A stretch of 64,000 nucleotides of DNA from contig JAFCDO010000002.1 in the NCBI GenBank assembly GCA_017609605.1, positions 9,369-73,368 of the forward strand. The letters run 5' to 3'. Position 1 is the stretch's first letter; every line of letters starts with the position of its first letter. This document shows positions 47,940 through 57,072 of this stretch, piece by piece. A program made the translations under genes and the position numbers. Under the pieces are notes generated by a model. That model saw nothing but the letters and a program-made list of their open reading frames with translations. It was not told where the DNA came from and did not search any database. The stretch comes from Candidatus Parvarchaeota archaeon (lineage in GTDB: Archaea; Nanobdellota; Nanobdellia; JAAOXT01).

Positions 47940-48515
47940 ATGTATCTATTCTTTGACACAGAAACAACAGGATTGCCAAAAAATTGGAGAGCACCAGTTT
48001 CAGATTTGAGCAATTGGCCACGATTAGTACAAATCGCTTGGTTACAATGCGATACTTCTGGTAAAGAAATATTAAAGCAAAGCTATATTATCAAACCAGA
48101 TAATTTTGAAATACCTTCTGAAGCTATTAAAGTTCATAGGATATCAAATGAAAAAGCAAATAGAATTGGTATTTCATTAAAAAAAGCATTAAGCGAATTT
48201 TCAACCATTCTTAGAAGTTCCAAATTATTAATTGCACATAAAATAAATTTTGATGAAAAAGTTGTAGGTTCTGAATTAATTAGAACAAAAATCGAGAACA
48301 ATCTTCCTTCAATAGCCAAAATATGTACGATGCTTGCAACAACAGATTTCTGCAAAATTCCGGGACTTTATGGGTATAAATGGCCAACACTAATGGAATT
48401 GCATAAAAAGTTATTTAATTCTTCTTTTGAAGACGCCCACAATGCTTTAAGTGATGTTTCTGCTTGTGCTAAGTGTTTCTTCGAATTAAAAAAAAGAAGA
48501 ATAATAAAATTTTGA
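47940..48515 (+). CDS. DEDDh 3'-5' exonuclease (DnaQ-like)
   Basis: FFDTETTGLP, AHKINFD, AHNALSDV; start moved to ATG 47940. Confidence 0.92.
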   Translation: MYLFFDTETTGLPKNWRAPVSDLSNWPRLVQIAWLQCDTSGKEILKQSYIIKPDNFEIPSEAIKVHRISNEKANRIGISLKKALSEFSTILRSSKLLIAHKINFDEKVVGSELIRTKIENNLPSIAKICTMLATTDFCKIPGLYGYKWPTLMELHKKLFNSSFEDAHNALSDVSACAKCFFELKKRRIIKF

Positions 48516-48566
48516 TTAGCTCTTAAAAATCAATTAAGATTATATCCGGTTTTGGAACCTCTGTTT

Positions 48567-50303
48567 TTAGTCAACGCTTATCTCAGAAGGAGGTTCTGGA
48601 GTGACCTCATCAACAGGTAATTCAGGGTCTGGAGAGGGGCTTCCATTAATCAGGGGTTCTGAATCCTCCGGAGGAAGTTCCATGTCTTCTGGCACATAAA
48701 TGCAGTTGGCAACACAAGTTCCTGGGTTGATGCATGACGCGATATAACCTTTTCTAAAAGTGCATCCATCATTGGTCAAGCAAGCGGGAGTCACGCACCC
48801 CGACTCGCACCTAATTCTGCCTTCCGGGCACGCGCAATCCAACTCTAAAGTGCGAGCCACAACACAACTGGCGTCGCAGGACCCCTTGTTCTCGCACTCA
48901 AAAACCTGGTAAACATCGTAACTCAAAACTTCATCAAAGTAGCACCCGTTCCACGACGAGCAGTCCAAATTGCTGAAACACTTGTCCACGCACTCATTGT
49001 CACAGCACTTCTGACCTGAACCACACTGCAGGTCCGAAACGCATTGGGTCCTTTGATAACAATAATTAGAATAACAGTTCCACCCGCTTGGACAGTCTGA
49101 AACGTCACAACAATTCCCTACGACCTCGTCGCCCGAACAGCACATGCTTTCCGAACTGATGGCAACACTGGAGAAAACGCATCCCCTGACCGCGCTCGCA
49201 GAACTCGACTCGGGGTTGCAGCACTCGTCTTTATTGCATCCACAATCCCTAGGGCAGTTCCCACAGTTCTCAACATCTGACTCGCAGATCCCGTTCCCGC
49301 AAGGCACCCCGAAACAAGGATTGCTCACCTCTTCTGGAGCTTCTCCGGACACGTAAGAATCAGTGCAGGACATGCTTCCAGCTTCGTCGCACCAGTACCC
49401 TCCTGCAAGCAGACACGTGTTCATTGAACCACAATGTTCTAGCGAGTCTTGACTGCAAACTCCTTCCAGGGCTTCGCCGGGCACGGCTGGCTTGGCAGTA
49501 ATCCTTACTTCATCTGTTTTTGAGCAGTAAGTGTAATAAGCGTAAGCGTGGATTCTTGCGCTGTAATGGTCTTGACCTGTCAAGTGAGTGTTAAAAATCA
49601 GTCTCAACGATTTTTCGAGCCCGCCGTTTAACAACACGTCCCTAGCAGTGCAAGCATAATAATCCCCTGCAGTGTTGTGCGTGCAAGTAAAAAATCCTGA
49701 TTCTTCAGTAACTTCTAGTTTTCCGCCAATCCCAGGGATTTTCACTGACAAATAATTTATTTGCTTGAGTTTTTCGGGTCCCGTGTTCTCCAGAATTATT
49801 TTAATGCTTTTGCCACTAACCTCTCCTTTGTAAGGATTAGTTGCTTGCATGGAGAGCGTTATCGGCGCTTTTGAAGAGCCTGAGAGAAGGTTGGGAGTGG
49901 TTCCTTTCCACTCCAGTCCTACGAGTTGGATGTCCATGTAAGCTTCACTCGTATAATTATAACATATTTTGGCGTAAGGTGTGAAAACGGATTCAGCGCT
50001 TAGTTCAGGGGTTTCAAAAGTCCAGGAAGCTAAGAAATCATCCCCTGGGGTTAAAGTCATGGATTGAACAGTGATGGAGGATTGGTTTATGAGATTGCCA
50101 GTGTTATAAATAGTGAAGAATAAGTGGTCGGAATTGTAATCCCCATCGTTCTCCACCCACAGGTTCATGTCGAAGAATTCTTTAGACTGAACCTCATATT
50201 TTTCAGCGGAAAAACCTTTAACGACCACGCCGTAATAACCTGCAGAAGAAACACAACCTAACAGCACGATCAATGCCAATAACGAACCGATTCTCTTAAA
50301 CAT
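48567..50303 (-). CDS. Secreted cysteine-rich surface protein
   Basis: Signal peptide, beta-rich N-half, very Cys-dense C-half, Pro/Glu-rich tail. Confidence 0.8.
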   Translation of the reverse strand: MFKRIGSLLALIVLLGCVSSAGYYGVVVKGFSAEKYEVQSKEFFDMNLWVENDGDYNSDHLFFTIYNTGNLINQSSITVQSMTLTPGDDFLASWTFETPELSAESVFTPYAKICYNYTSEAYMDIQLVGLEWKGTTPNLLSGSSKAPITLSMQATNPYKGEVSGKSIKIILENTGPEKLKQINYLSVKIPGIGGKLEVTEESGFFTCTHNTAGDYYACTARDVLLNGGLEKSLRLIFNTHLTGQDHYSARIHAYAYYTYCSKTDEVRITAKPAVPGEALEGVCSQDSLEHCGSMNTCLLAGGYWCDEAGSMSCTDSYVSGEAPEEVSNPCFGVPCGNGICESDVENCGNCPRDCGCNKDECCNPESSSASAVRGCVFSSVAISSESMCCSGDEVVGNCCDVSDCPSGWNCYSNYCYQRTQCVSDLQCGSGQKCCDNECVDKCFSNLDCSSWNGCYFDEVLSYDVYQVFECENKGSCDASCVVARTLELDCACPEGRIRCESGCVTPACLTNDGCTFRKGYIASCINPGTCVANCIYVPEDMELPPEDSEPLINGSPSPDPELPVDEVTPEPPSEISVD

Positions 50304-50327
50304 CCTTCAATAAAAAGAATTTAGGGA

Positions 50328-50675
50328 TTAATATAATTTTTCAACGTTCAAAGCTTCGCGTTCATCTTCAAGCAAGTACTGAGCTTTTTGTAAATGGTCA
50401 ACTAACAAGTAAGATAATTCTCCTAATTCTAAAGTTTGTGCTTTAATCCTGCTGGACATTTTTCCGAATTCTTCTCCAGCTAATGTTTCCAAAGGCACTA
50501 ACACTTCTCCTGAAACTATTGCTCCTTTTCCCGTCAAAGCAAGGTTTACCGTGGCCGCGGAGCCGTCAAACCATTCTTTTGTGAACTTAACATTATCTTC
50601 ACGCTTTTCAATGGCCCACAAATCTTCAACAGAATTCGTATAAGCCTCAACAACACTAGATAGTTCTGACATCAT
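50328..50675 (-). CDS. Hypothetical protein
   Basis: 115 aa, ATGA-coupled to the upstream ORF, SD GGTGA. Confidence 0.7.
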   Translation of the reverse strand: MMSELSSVVEAYTNSVEDLWAIEKREDNVKFTKEWFDGSAATVNLALTGKGAIVSGEVLVPLETLAGEEFGKMSSRIKAQTLELGELSYLLVDHLQKAQYLLEDEREALNVEKLY

Positions 50676-51058
50676 TTTAAGTCACCCAACAAGAGTTTCT
50701 CAACTTCACTGATTTTTTTGAGAACAGTGTTTTCTCCTCCGTTCGTCGCGACTGTTACGGTCAAAGACTTCGGAGTCCCGATGAGTTTATGCTCGGAACC
50801 GCTCAAGCTATTGTCAGCGCGCACTAATCTCCCTCTAACGATGACATCAACCCAACTCCAACCTCTATGATCCTTTTCCAATCTCTCTAAATGAACGTCG
50901 AACTCTCCGAAAACGTTCTCAAAATCTTTGTAACTTTGAATAATGTTAAAGAACACTTCACCCGGTGTATGAGTCTTAGGTCCGTCTAATTTATACTTTT
51001 CACTCATTTTTGTTTCGTAAATGTCTTTTATTTTTTTTGCGAACTCCAACAAAACCAT
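50672..51058 (-). CDS. Hypothetical protein
   Basis: 128-aa ATG ORF. Confidence 0.7.
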   Translation of the reverse strand: MVLLEFAKKIKDIYETKMSEKYKLDGPKTHTPGEVFFNIIQSYKDFENVFGEFDVHLERLEKDHRGWSWVDVIVRGRLVRADNSLSGSEHKLIGTPKSLTVTVATNGGENTVLKKISEVEKLLLGDLK

Positions 51059-51226
51059 GTTACCACTTAACAGTAATTATCTTTTAAGGGTTTCGATTTT
51101 TAGGCTTTGCGCACGTAATAGTGAATTCATGCTCAAGAAACATGAATGCGCACGAAATAAAGAATTAGAGGAAATACTGGACTAACTGCCATAATGGTTT
51201 TAAAAGGAGATTTCTGGAGTTGAAGT

Positions 51227-51367
51227 ATGAATTTGGAAGCAATTAGAACTGAAGTATGTCCTCACTGTGGGTCTATTAGAACAGTATACAGTAATCTTAC
51301 AACTTACTGTCCAGGATGTGACAAACACACAGATGTCCCAATGGGTGAGAAAAAGCATATAGAATAA
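51227..51367 (+). CDS. 46-aa CPxCG zinc-finger microprotein
   Basis: Manual translation MNLEAIRTEVCPHCGSIRTVYSNLTTYCPGCDKHTDVPMGEKKHIE; GGAG 7 nt upstream. Confidence 0.72.
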   Translation: MNLEAIRTEVCPHCGSIRTVYSNLTTYCPGCDKHTDVPMGEKKHIE

Positions 51368-51502
51368 ACTGAAAATTTTTTTTGAAAAACGTTTATTTAT
51401 ATATGTCCAATATTTTTATCATCTGTTTTTTATTCTTATTTGAGGTATTGGTTTATTTTTTGGGAAGCTTTTTTATAGTATTGTTTTCAGAAGAGGGTTT
51501 TT

Positions 51503-51952
51503 ATGATTGAACGTCTTAAGAGCGTGTTTAGTTCGGGTAACTCGTTTGTTTTCCTGTGTTTTCTGGTTATCTCCACTCTTCCTGTTTTGTCGGCTTTTTG
51601 TTTTTGGTTTTTCGTGCCCGGAACCTTATTTTTTATTGTTCTAGTCTTGTTGCTGGAAGCCAGTTTTTTTGCGGGTTTGCAGAGTGAGGGTTATGGTTCT
51701 GACAAGCTCTCAATCGTGGTTTTGAGTGGATTAGTTATTAGTCTGGCTCAAGGTTTCGCGTTTTTTTCGAATGGTTCTGCTTCGGGTTTATTGTTTTCTG
51801 TTCCCGTGTATTTGTGGGCTTGGATTTCAATGTTCGTTGCTGGGTTAGAGATTAACCCGAAGAGCTTGGATAACCGGGCTTTGCTCGTGGCTTTGGTAAC
51901 TACTCTGGCGAGCGTGGGAACCATGACGTGTATCTGGATTTCAATTGTTTAA
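51503..51952 (+). CDS. Hypothetical membrane protein
   Basis: About five hydrophobic helices. Confidence 0.65.
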   Translation: MIERLKSVFSSGNSFVFLCFLVISTLPVLSAFCFWFFVPGTLFFIVLVLLLEASFFAGLQSEGYGSDKLSIVVLSGLVISLAQGFAFFSNGSASGLLFSVPVYLWAWISMFVAGLEINPKSLDNRALLVALVTTLASVGTMTCIWISIV

Positions 51953-52704
51953 ACGTTATCGCTTTTTTCGAACAAATACGCGCCTAGGGATACCATTGCC
52001 ACTGATAATGTTATCATTATTGTCAGGTTTATTAGCGGGTGGAACTGTGATACCCCGATTAGCGCTCCTCTAAGCCCGTCGAGCCCGTAGGTCAGAGGGT
52101 TCGCGTAGGATAGGATTCTTATTGGTGCTGGCAGATTTTCTATTGGGTATAAGGCGCCTGATAAAAAGAACAAGGGCATTACCACGAAGTTTATTATCAG
52201 TTGAAATCCTTGCATGTCTTTCATTCTTGACGCCAGTATTAGTCCTAACCCTATGAAAGTGGTTGTTATCAAAGCCATGAAAATTAATCCTGTTAGAAAC
52301 CCTGTAATAGTGGTTCTGAAACCGAGCAGGGTTGAGATTAGGATTAACAGTATTCCTTGAGTTAATGAAATGGTGGCTCCTCCAGCGATTCTTCCGAGAA
52401 CTATTGACGTCCTGCTTACCGGGGCGACCATAATTTCTTTCAGAAACCCGAATTCTTTATCCCAGAGCACGGACACTCCTGAACCTGTGCTTGAGAACAG
52501 CATTCCCATGCCCACGATTCCTGGAACCAGGAATTGTAGGTAAGCAATTCCTTCGATTCCTGGGATTGTCATTTTGCTGAACCCGAATCCTAGTCCTCCC
52601 AGAAATAATAGGGGCATGATTAGCATGGACACCATCCTTGATTTTGACCTAGAGAATCTTTTCATTTCTCTAAGCCACATAACGTATACCGCGTTCAGGT
52701 TCAT
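51949..52704 (-). CDS. ABC-2 type transporter permease (DrrB-like)
   Basis: FLVPGI, DKEFGFLKEIMVAP, FLSGALYP, NPLTY. Confidence 0.93.
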   Translation of the reverse strand: MNLNAVYVMWLREMKRFSRSKSRMVSMLIMPLLFLGGLGFGFSKMTIPGIEGIAYLQFLVPGIVGMGMLFSSTGSGVSVLWDKEFGFLKEIMVAPVSRTSIVLGRIAGGATISLTQGILLILISTLLGFRTTITGFLTGLIFMALITTTFIGLGLILASRMKDMQGFQLIINFVVMPLFFLSGALYPIENLPAPIRILSYANPLTYGLDGLRGALIGVSQFHPLINLTIMITLSVAMVSLGAYLFEKSDNV

Positions 52705-53696
52705 CCGTGTCCCATCCTCCTCATCCTCATTCTTTTCATTTTCTCGGTTTGGCCTGCTTCTTGGGTGCGGATGGTTTTTCCTGTAAAATACAGGAACACG
52801 TCTTCGAGGCTGGGTTTTCTTAGGTTGACTGACGTGATTTGGATTTTTTGTTTTTCCGCTGTTCTGATTATTTCAGGTATGTGTTTTTCACCGTTTTCGG
52901 TTGTGAGCGTGATTTTGTTGTTGTGTTGTTTTATTGATTTAACCCATTTTTTTTGTTCGAGTTGTTGTTTAAGTTTGTTGGATGGTTTTTTTAGTTCAAG
53001 GGTTATAGCGTCTCCTCCTAAAAAGTTTTTTAGGTTGCTTGGCTTGTCGAGCGCAATTATTTTTCCGTGGTCAATTATTGCTATCCTATTACATAAGAAA
53101 TCTGCTTCTTCCATGTAATGGGTGGTTAGGATGATTGTTACCTTGTTTTTTTGGTTTAGTTTTTTGATGTATTCCCAGATGCTTCTTCTGGTTTGAGCGT
53201 CGAGTCCAAGGGTTGGCTCGTCAAGAAATAGTACTTTTGGTTTTTGTATTAGTCCCCGCGAGATTTCGAGCCGTCTTTTCATTCCACCGGAATAGTTGTC
53301 CACGAGCTCGTCTGCTTTGTCTGTTAGCTTGACTAGTTTGAGAACTTTTTTGATTCTTTTTCGTCTTTCTTCTTTGTTGATTCCGTACATTCGTGCGTGG
53401 AAGTCAAGGTTTTCCTTGCCAGTGAGTCTACCGTCTAGCGCTGGTTCTTGGAAAACTATGCCTATGCTTTCTCTGACTTTGTTTTTTTGGGTTTGCACGT
53501 CAAATCCGTTGACTTGGGCTTGTCCTGAAGTGATTTTTAGAAGAGTTGATAGCATGTTTATAATCGTGGTTTTTCCTGCTCCGTTAGGTCCAAGAAGACC
53601 GAATAATTCGCCTTGTTTGACTTGAAAACTAATTTTGTCTACTGCTGTAAAGTTTCCGAATTTTCTTGTAAGATTAGTGGTGTTAATGGCTTTCAT
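52701..53696 (-). CDS. ABC transporter ATP-binding protein (DrrA-like)
   Basis: GPNGAGKT, YSGGM, LFLDEPT, SLEDVF. Confidence 0.95.
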   Translation of the reverse strand: MKAINTTNLTRKFGNFTAVDKISFQVKQGELFGLLGPNGAGKTTIINMLSTLLKITSGQAQVNGFDVQTQKNKVRESIGIVFQEPALDGRLTGKENLDFHARMYGINKEERRKRIKKVLKLVKLTDKADELVDNYSGGMKRRLEISRGLIQKPKVLFLDEPTLGLDAQTRRSIWEYIKKLNQKNKVTIILTTHYMEEADFLCNRIAIIDHGKIIALDKPSNLKNFLGGDAITLELKKPSNKLKQQLEQKKWVKSIKQHNNKITLTTENGEKHIPEIIRTAEKQKIQITSVNLRKPSLEDVFLYFTGKTIRTQEAGQTEKMKRMRMRRMGHG

Positions 53697-53709
53697 TTAT
53701 GGTTATTTT

Positions 53710-53919
53710 TCAGTCAACTTTACCTATTCCTTTGAGGATTTTCATGGCGAATTCTTTCATTTTTGTTGCTTTTACGAGAACGATGCCGTGGTGTTTTTTT
53801 CCTAGAACTACCATGCTGTCTCCGGGCCCTATTTTGAACATTTCTCTGGCTTGTTTTGGGATTACGACTTGTCCTCTTTCGCCGACTTTGACTGTTCCGA
53901 AGATGTGTTTATCTTTCAT
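53710..53919 (-). CDS. AbrB/MazE/SpoVT family DNA-binding protein
   Basis: KVGERGQVVIPKQARE...GD; start moved to ATG 53919. Confidence 0.9.
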   Translation of the reverse strand: MKDKHIFGTVKVGERGQVVIPKQAREMFKIGPGDSMVVLGKKHHGIVLVKATKMKEFAMKILKGIGKVD

Positions 53920-53957
53920 ATGATTCATATTTATCATATAAATACGAAAAATCATAT
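53916..53957. promoter_or_regulatory. Phased TCATAT direct repeats, putative AbrB operator
   Basis: TCATAT at 53916, 53925, 53934 and 53952 (9-bp phase), over the start and promoter of the AbrB-ABC operon. Confidence 0.55.
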
Positions 53958-54031
53958 TTAAGTCTTTGTGTTTTTTTAAGCTTTTTTTTGTAACACGTAG
54001 GGGGTGGAAATTTTTAAAAAACCAGAAAATT

Positions 54032-54631
54032 TTATCTGCTGGTGTCAGCTTGTCTTTCGACTTCGTTGCATTTCTTGACTGCGGCGCTGTCCGAGCTGTT
54101 CTGGTACGCTAGGATTATTTCGCTGACCAGGGCTTGTCTCGTACTTCTTTTTTTGTTCACGCTTTTAGCGTAAGATCCTTGCACCATCCATCTTAGCGCG
54201 AGGTCTACTCTGCGTTGCGGGCTGATGTCAACAGCTCTTTGATATCTTGTCCCGCCGTACTCTATGCTCGTGACTTCTTCTTTTGGAGCGCTGTTCTCGA
54301 TTGCCGTGGCCAGGACTTGTATTGGGTTGGTTTTGAGCTTGTTTTCCAGGTCTTGCAGGACTTGTTTGACGATTTTGAATATTGTTTGGGTTTTGCCTGA
54401 GCAGTGCCCTGAACTCCACCAGTGTTCTTTTCCTTTGTGGCCGGGAACCATCATCTTGTTGATTAGTCTTTCCACCACGTGCATTTTGCTTTTCCAGAAT
54501 TTTTTGGATTCGTGCCTGCCACTCGTTTTTGGAATAATTATTGGTTTGACGTTTATGTAATTCATGAGCCCTGGGTCTCGTAACTCTATTCCTGTGTTTT
54601 TCCACTTATTGAATAATAGTATTTCGCTCAT
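54032..54631 (-). CDS. rps7: 30S ribosomal protein uS7
   Basis: LLFNKW, NPIQVL, AVDISPQRRVDLAL; start moved to ATG 54631. Confidence 0.96.
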   Translation of the reverse strand: MSEILLFNKWKNTGIELRDPGLMNYINVKPIIIPKTSGRHESKKFWKSKMHVVERLINKMMVPGHKGKEHWWSSGHCSGKTQTIFKIVKQVLQDLENKLKTNPIQVLATAIENSAPKEEVTSIEYGGTRYQRAVDISPQRRVDLALRWMVQGSYAKSVNKKRSTRQALVSEIILAYQNSSDSAAVKKCNEVERQADTSR

Positions 54632-54843
54632 CTGTGTTTCCATTTTTGTATTGTTTTCCTGATGTCTTGGCTTAAGGTTCCTGTGACCCGGGTTTTTGTT
54701 TCGAGTTGGTGGAACCTGTTACCTTTTTGGTCAGTGATTATGATTGCTCTGCTCCCGTCTGGAAGAGTTTCTTTTTTTATCTCGCATTCTTCTTGGGTTA
54801 GTGTTTGTTTTATTAGTTGAACGCGCCTGATTACCCGGTTCAT
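54628..54843 (-). CDS. 71-aa hypothetical protein coupled between rps12 and rps7
   Basis: ATGA overlaps at both ends; exactly fills the gap. Confidence 0.75.
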   Translation of the reverse strand: MNRVIRRVQLIKQTLTQEECEIKKETLPDGSRAIIITDQKGNRFHQLETKTRVTGTLSQDIRKTIQKWKHR

Positions 54844-55268
54844 TTGGTTAGTTTTTCTTTCTTTCCTTTAATTATTTCTTTTAGCGAGATGTTGTTGACT
54901 TTGATTACTTTGAATTTGATTCCCGGGATGTCTCCTCTGGAGCCTTTCATTGGTCCCCCGATTCTTTCGAGCATGACTTCGTTGTGTTCGTCAATGTGTT
55001 TTATGGCAAGGTTTCCTGGCACGAATGCTGTCACGGTTTTCCCGTTTTTGATTAGTTGGACTAGCACGCATTTTATCATTCCTGAGTGGGGTTGTTTTCT
55101 TTCTCTCATCACTTTTTTGAGCACTATTCCTCTGGCTTGCGGGCTTCCTTCTAGGGGGTCATATTTTTTCCATAGTTTGAATCTTCTGAACCTTTCTCCT
55201 TTTTTGGAGAACCTGAACTTGTTATGATTCTTCACCAGTTTTCGTCCTGCGAACAGTCCTCTTGCCAT
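54840..55268 (-). CDS. rps12: 30S ribosomal protein uS12
   Basis: [33 protein letters not shown]. Confidence 0.97.
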   Translation of the reverse strand: MARGLFAGRKLVKNHNKFRFSKKGERFRRFKLWKKYDPLEGSPQARGIVLKKVMRERKQPHSGMIKCVLVQLIKNGKTVTAFVPGNLAIKHIDEHNEVMLERIGGPMKGSRGDIPGIKFKVIKVNNISLKEIIKGKKEKLTK

Positions 55269-55280
55269 TTTATTTTTTTT

Positions 55281-55697
55281 TTATTTTATGATTATGTCTT
55301 CGATTCCGAAGTATTTTTTTACGAGTTCTTTTGCTTTTTTAAGTTTACTCCTTATTAGTGCTTTGTCGCTCGTGGGGTAAATGTTGATTATTTTTTGTCC
55401 GTCGCTTTTTTCGCTTGTGTAAACGTTTTTCATTTTTGCTGGTCTGAAAACGTTATTGACAAATTTTGTGGGTTCTTCGGAGTATTCTATGACTTCTATT
55501 CTTTTTTTTAAAGTTTTCTGAAGTGTTTTTATGTTGATTCCTCCTCTGCCTATAGCTATTCCTGCATGGCCTTCTTTGACCACGAATGTTATGGCGTTGT
55601 CGTTGGAGAAGCAGTCTTTGACCGTGGCGCCAGTAATTTTTTCGAAGAGCGTGATGTGTCTGATGGTGTCGTTGTCCAGTTTTATTCTTATTCTCAT
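55281..55697 (-). CDS. nusA: Archaeal NusA-like transcription factor
   Basis: FEKITGATVKDC, KH motif AIGRGGINI; conserved position. Confidence 0.92.
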   Translation of the reverse strand: MRIRIKLDNDTIRHITLFEKITGATVKDCFSNDNAITFVVKEGHAGIAIGRGGINIKTLQKTLKKRIEVIEYSEEPTKFVNNVFRPAKMKNVYTSEKSDGQKIINIYPTSDKALIRSKLKKAKELVKKYFGIEDIIIK

Positions 55698-55966
55698 TCT
55701 TTCTTAACTCCTAGAACAGTTATGTTAAAAGGTTTTCCGCATTGCGTTCCGAGTTCTTTTCCTTTGATTTCTAGGCTGGTTATGGGTATGTTGAGGGATT
55801 TGCAAACGTTTTCCAGTTTTTTCAGGTTTTTTTGAAATATGTTGCTTGACACCAATATTTTGCTTATTTTTCCTTTGTTTATGCCTTTTAGCACGGTTTT
55901 GATTCCTATCACTAATTTTTTTTCTTTGAGGAGGTTGATTATTTCTTTTTTCTCAGCGTCTTTCAT
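55694..55966 (-). CDS. rpl30e: 50S ribosomal protein L30e
   Basis: [16 protein letters not shown]. Confidence 0.92.
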   Translation of the reverse strand: MKDAEKKEIINLLKEKKLVIGIKTVLKGINKGKISKILVSSNIFQKNLKKLENVCKSLNIPITSLEIKGKELGTQCGKPFNITVLGVKKE

Positions 55967-57072
55967 TTCTTTTTACTCCTTTTTTTGACCATTAGTCTTG
56001 GCAGTCCTGTCCCGACTGGGATGACTTGGTTTATCATCACGTTTTCAATTATTCCTTCAAGCCTGTCTCGCGTGTTTCTCACCGCTGCAGTGAATAGGTT
56101 GGTTATAGGTATTTCGAAGCTTGCTCTCGCGAGCACGCTGGTCTTGTTTTTGATTACGCCGTACCTGGTAGTCCCTTTTACTTCGCCGCTGGCCGTCATC
56201 GTGTCTGACACGAGCATTATGTGTCTTACGTCGACTTCTAGGCCTTGTTCGGCTAGGGTCGCGATTATTTCTTTGATTATCGTGTTTCTGGCAGCTTCTA
56301 TTCCTAGTAGGCTTGCCACTTCGTATATGTTGTTGCTTGTTGTTTTGGTGATGTCCACGAAATCCGTTTCTTTCATGACGTCTTTAAGGTTTGAGCCGAG
56401 GGTTTTGATTATCCACTTTCCTCCTTCCTTCCATGGGAGGACTTGTTCTATTCCTTTTATTCCTGACACGTATGTTTCCACGATTTTGGTTTTTATTCTG
56501 TAGAGCGCTTCAGCCCCTATATCTTTTTTTTTTGGCGTGACAGTTATTGTTCCTGCTTTGAGTTCTGCTTCGTGGTTTTTTCGTAGTTTTTCTAGGATTG
56601 TTTTTGGGATGATGTCATATTCTTTTAGTTTTTTGTGGTTAAGGTCTAGCATGATTTTTGTGTTGATTAAGTCTATGCTAACGTTTTTGATTATTTCTTT
56701 GATTTTTACTTCCAATATCTTGGCAGCTATTTTTTGGACTTTTTTCTCGTCTTCCGCGTATTCTGGTTTTAGGTGCACTTCCATCATGGGCGTGCTCGGC
56801 TCTTTTCTCGCGTCAAATATTTCGACTATTCTGGGAAGCCCTACTGTCACGTTCATTTTGGCGACTCCCGCCAAGTTTTTGGTGTTGAGCGTCATTTGCG
56901 TGCCGGGTTCGCCTAAGCTTTGAGCAGCTATTATTCCTACGCTTTCGCCTGGTTCCACCCTCATTTCTTGGTAGATTTGTTTTATTTTTTCGAGCACTTT
57001 TTTTTCGTCCTTTTTGTTCTGCTTGGCGTATTGTTTGGCTTCTTCTATTATTTTTTTTGATAGTTCGTTCAT
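55963..57072 (-). CDS. rpoA2: RNA polymerase subunit A'' (Rpo1C)
   Basis: [36 protein letters not shown]. Confidence 0.97.
   Translation of the reverse strand: MNELSKKIIEEAKQYAKQNKKDEKKVLEKIKQIYQEMRVEPGESVGIIAAQSLGEPGTQMTLNTKNLAGVAKMNVTVGLPRIVEIFDARKEPSTPMMEVHLKPEYAEDEKKVQKIAAKILEVKIKEIIKNVSIDLINTKIMLDLNHKKLKEYDIIPKTILEKLRKNHEAELKAGTITVTPKKKDIGAEALYRIKTKIVETYVSGIKGIEQVLPWKEGGKWIIKTLGSNLKDVMKETDFVDITKTTSNNIYEVASLLGIEAARNTIIKEIIATLAEQGLEVDVRHIMLVSDTMTASGEVKGTTRYGVIKNKTSVLARASFEIPITNLFTAAVRNTRDRLEGIIENVMINQVIPVGTGLPRLMVKKRSKKK

Noticed and set aside
53710-53919. Type II toxin-antitoxin pair
   Set aside because: The AbrB gene is followed by an ABC exporter, not a PIN or MazF toxin.
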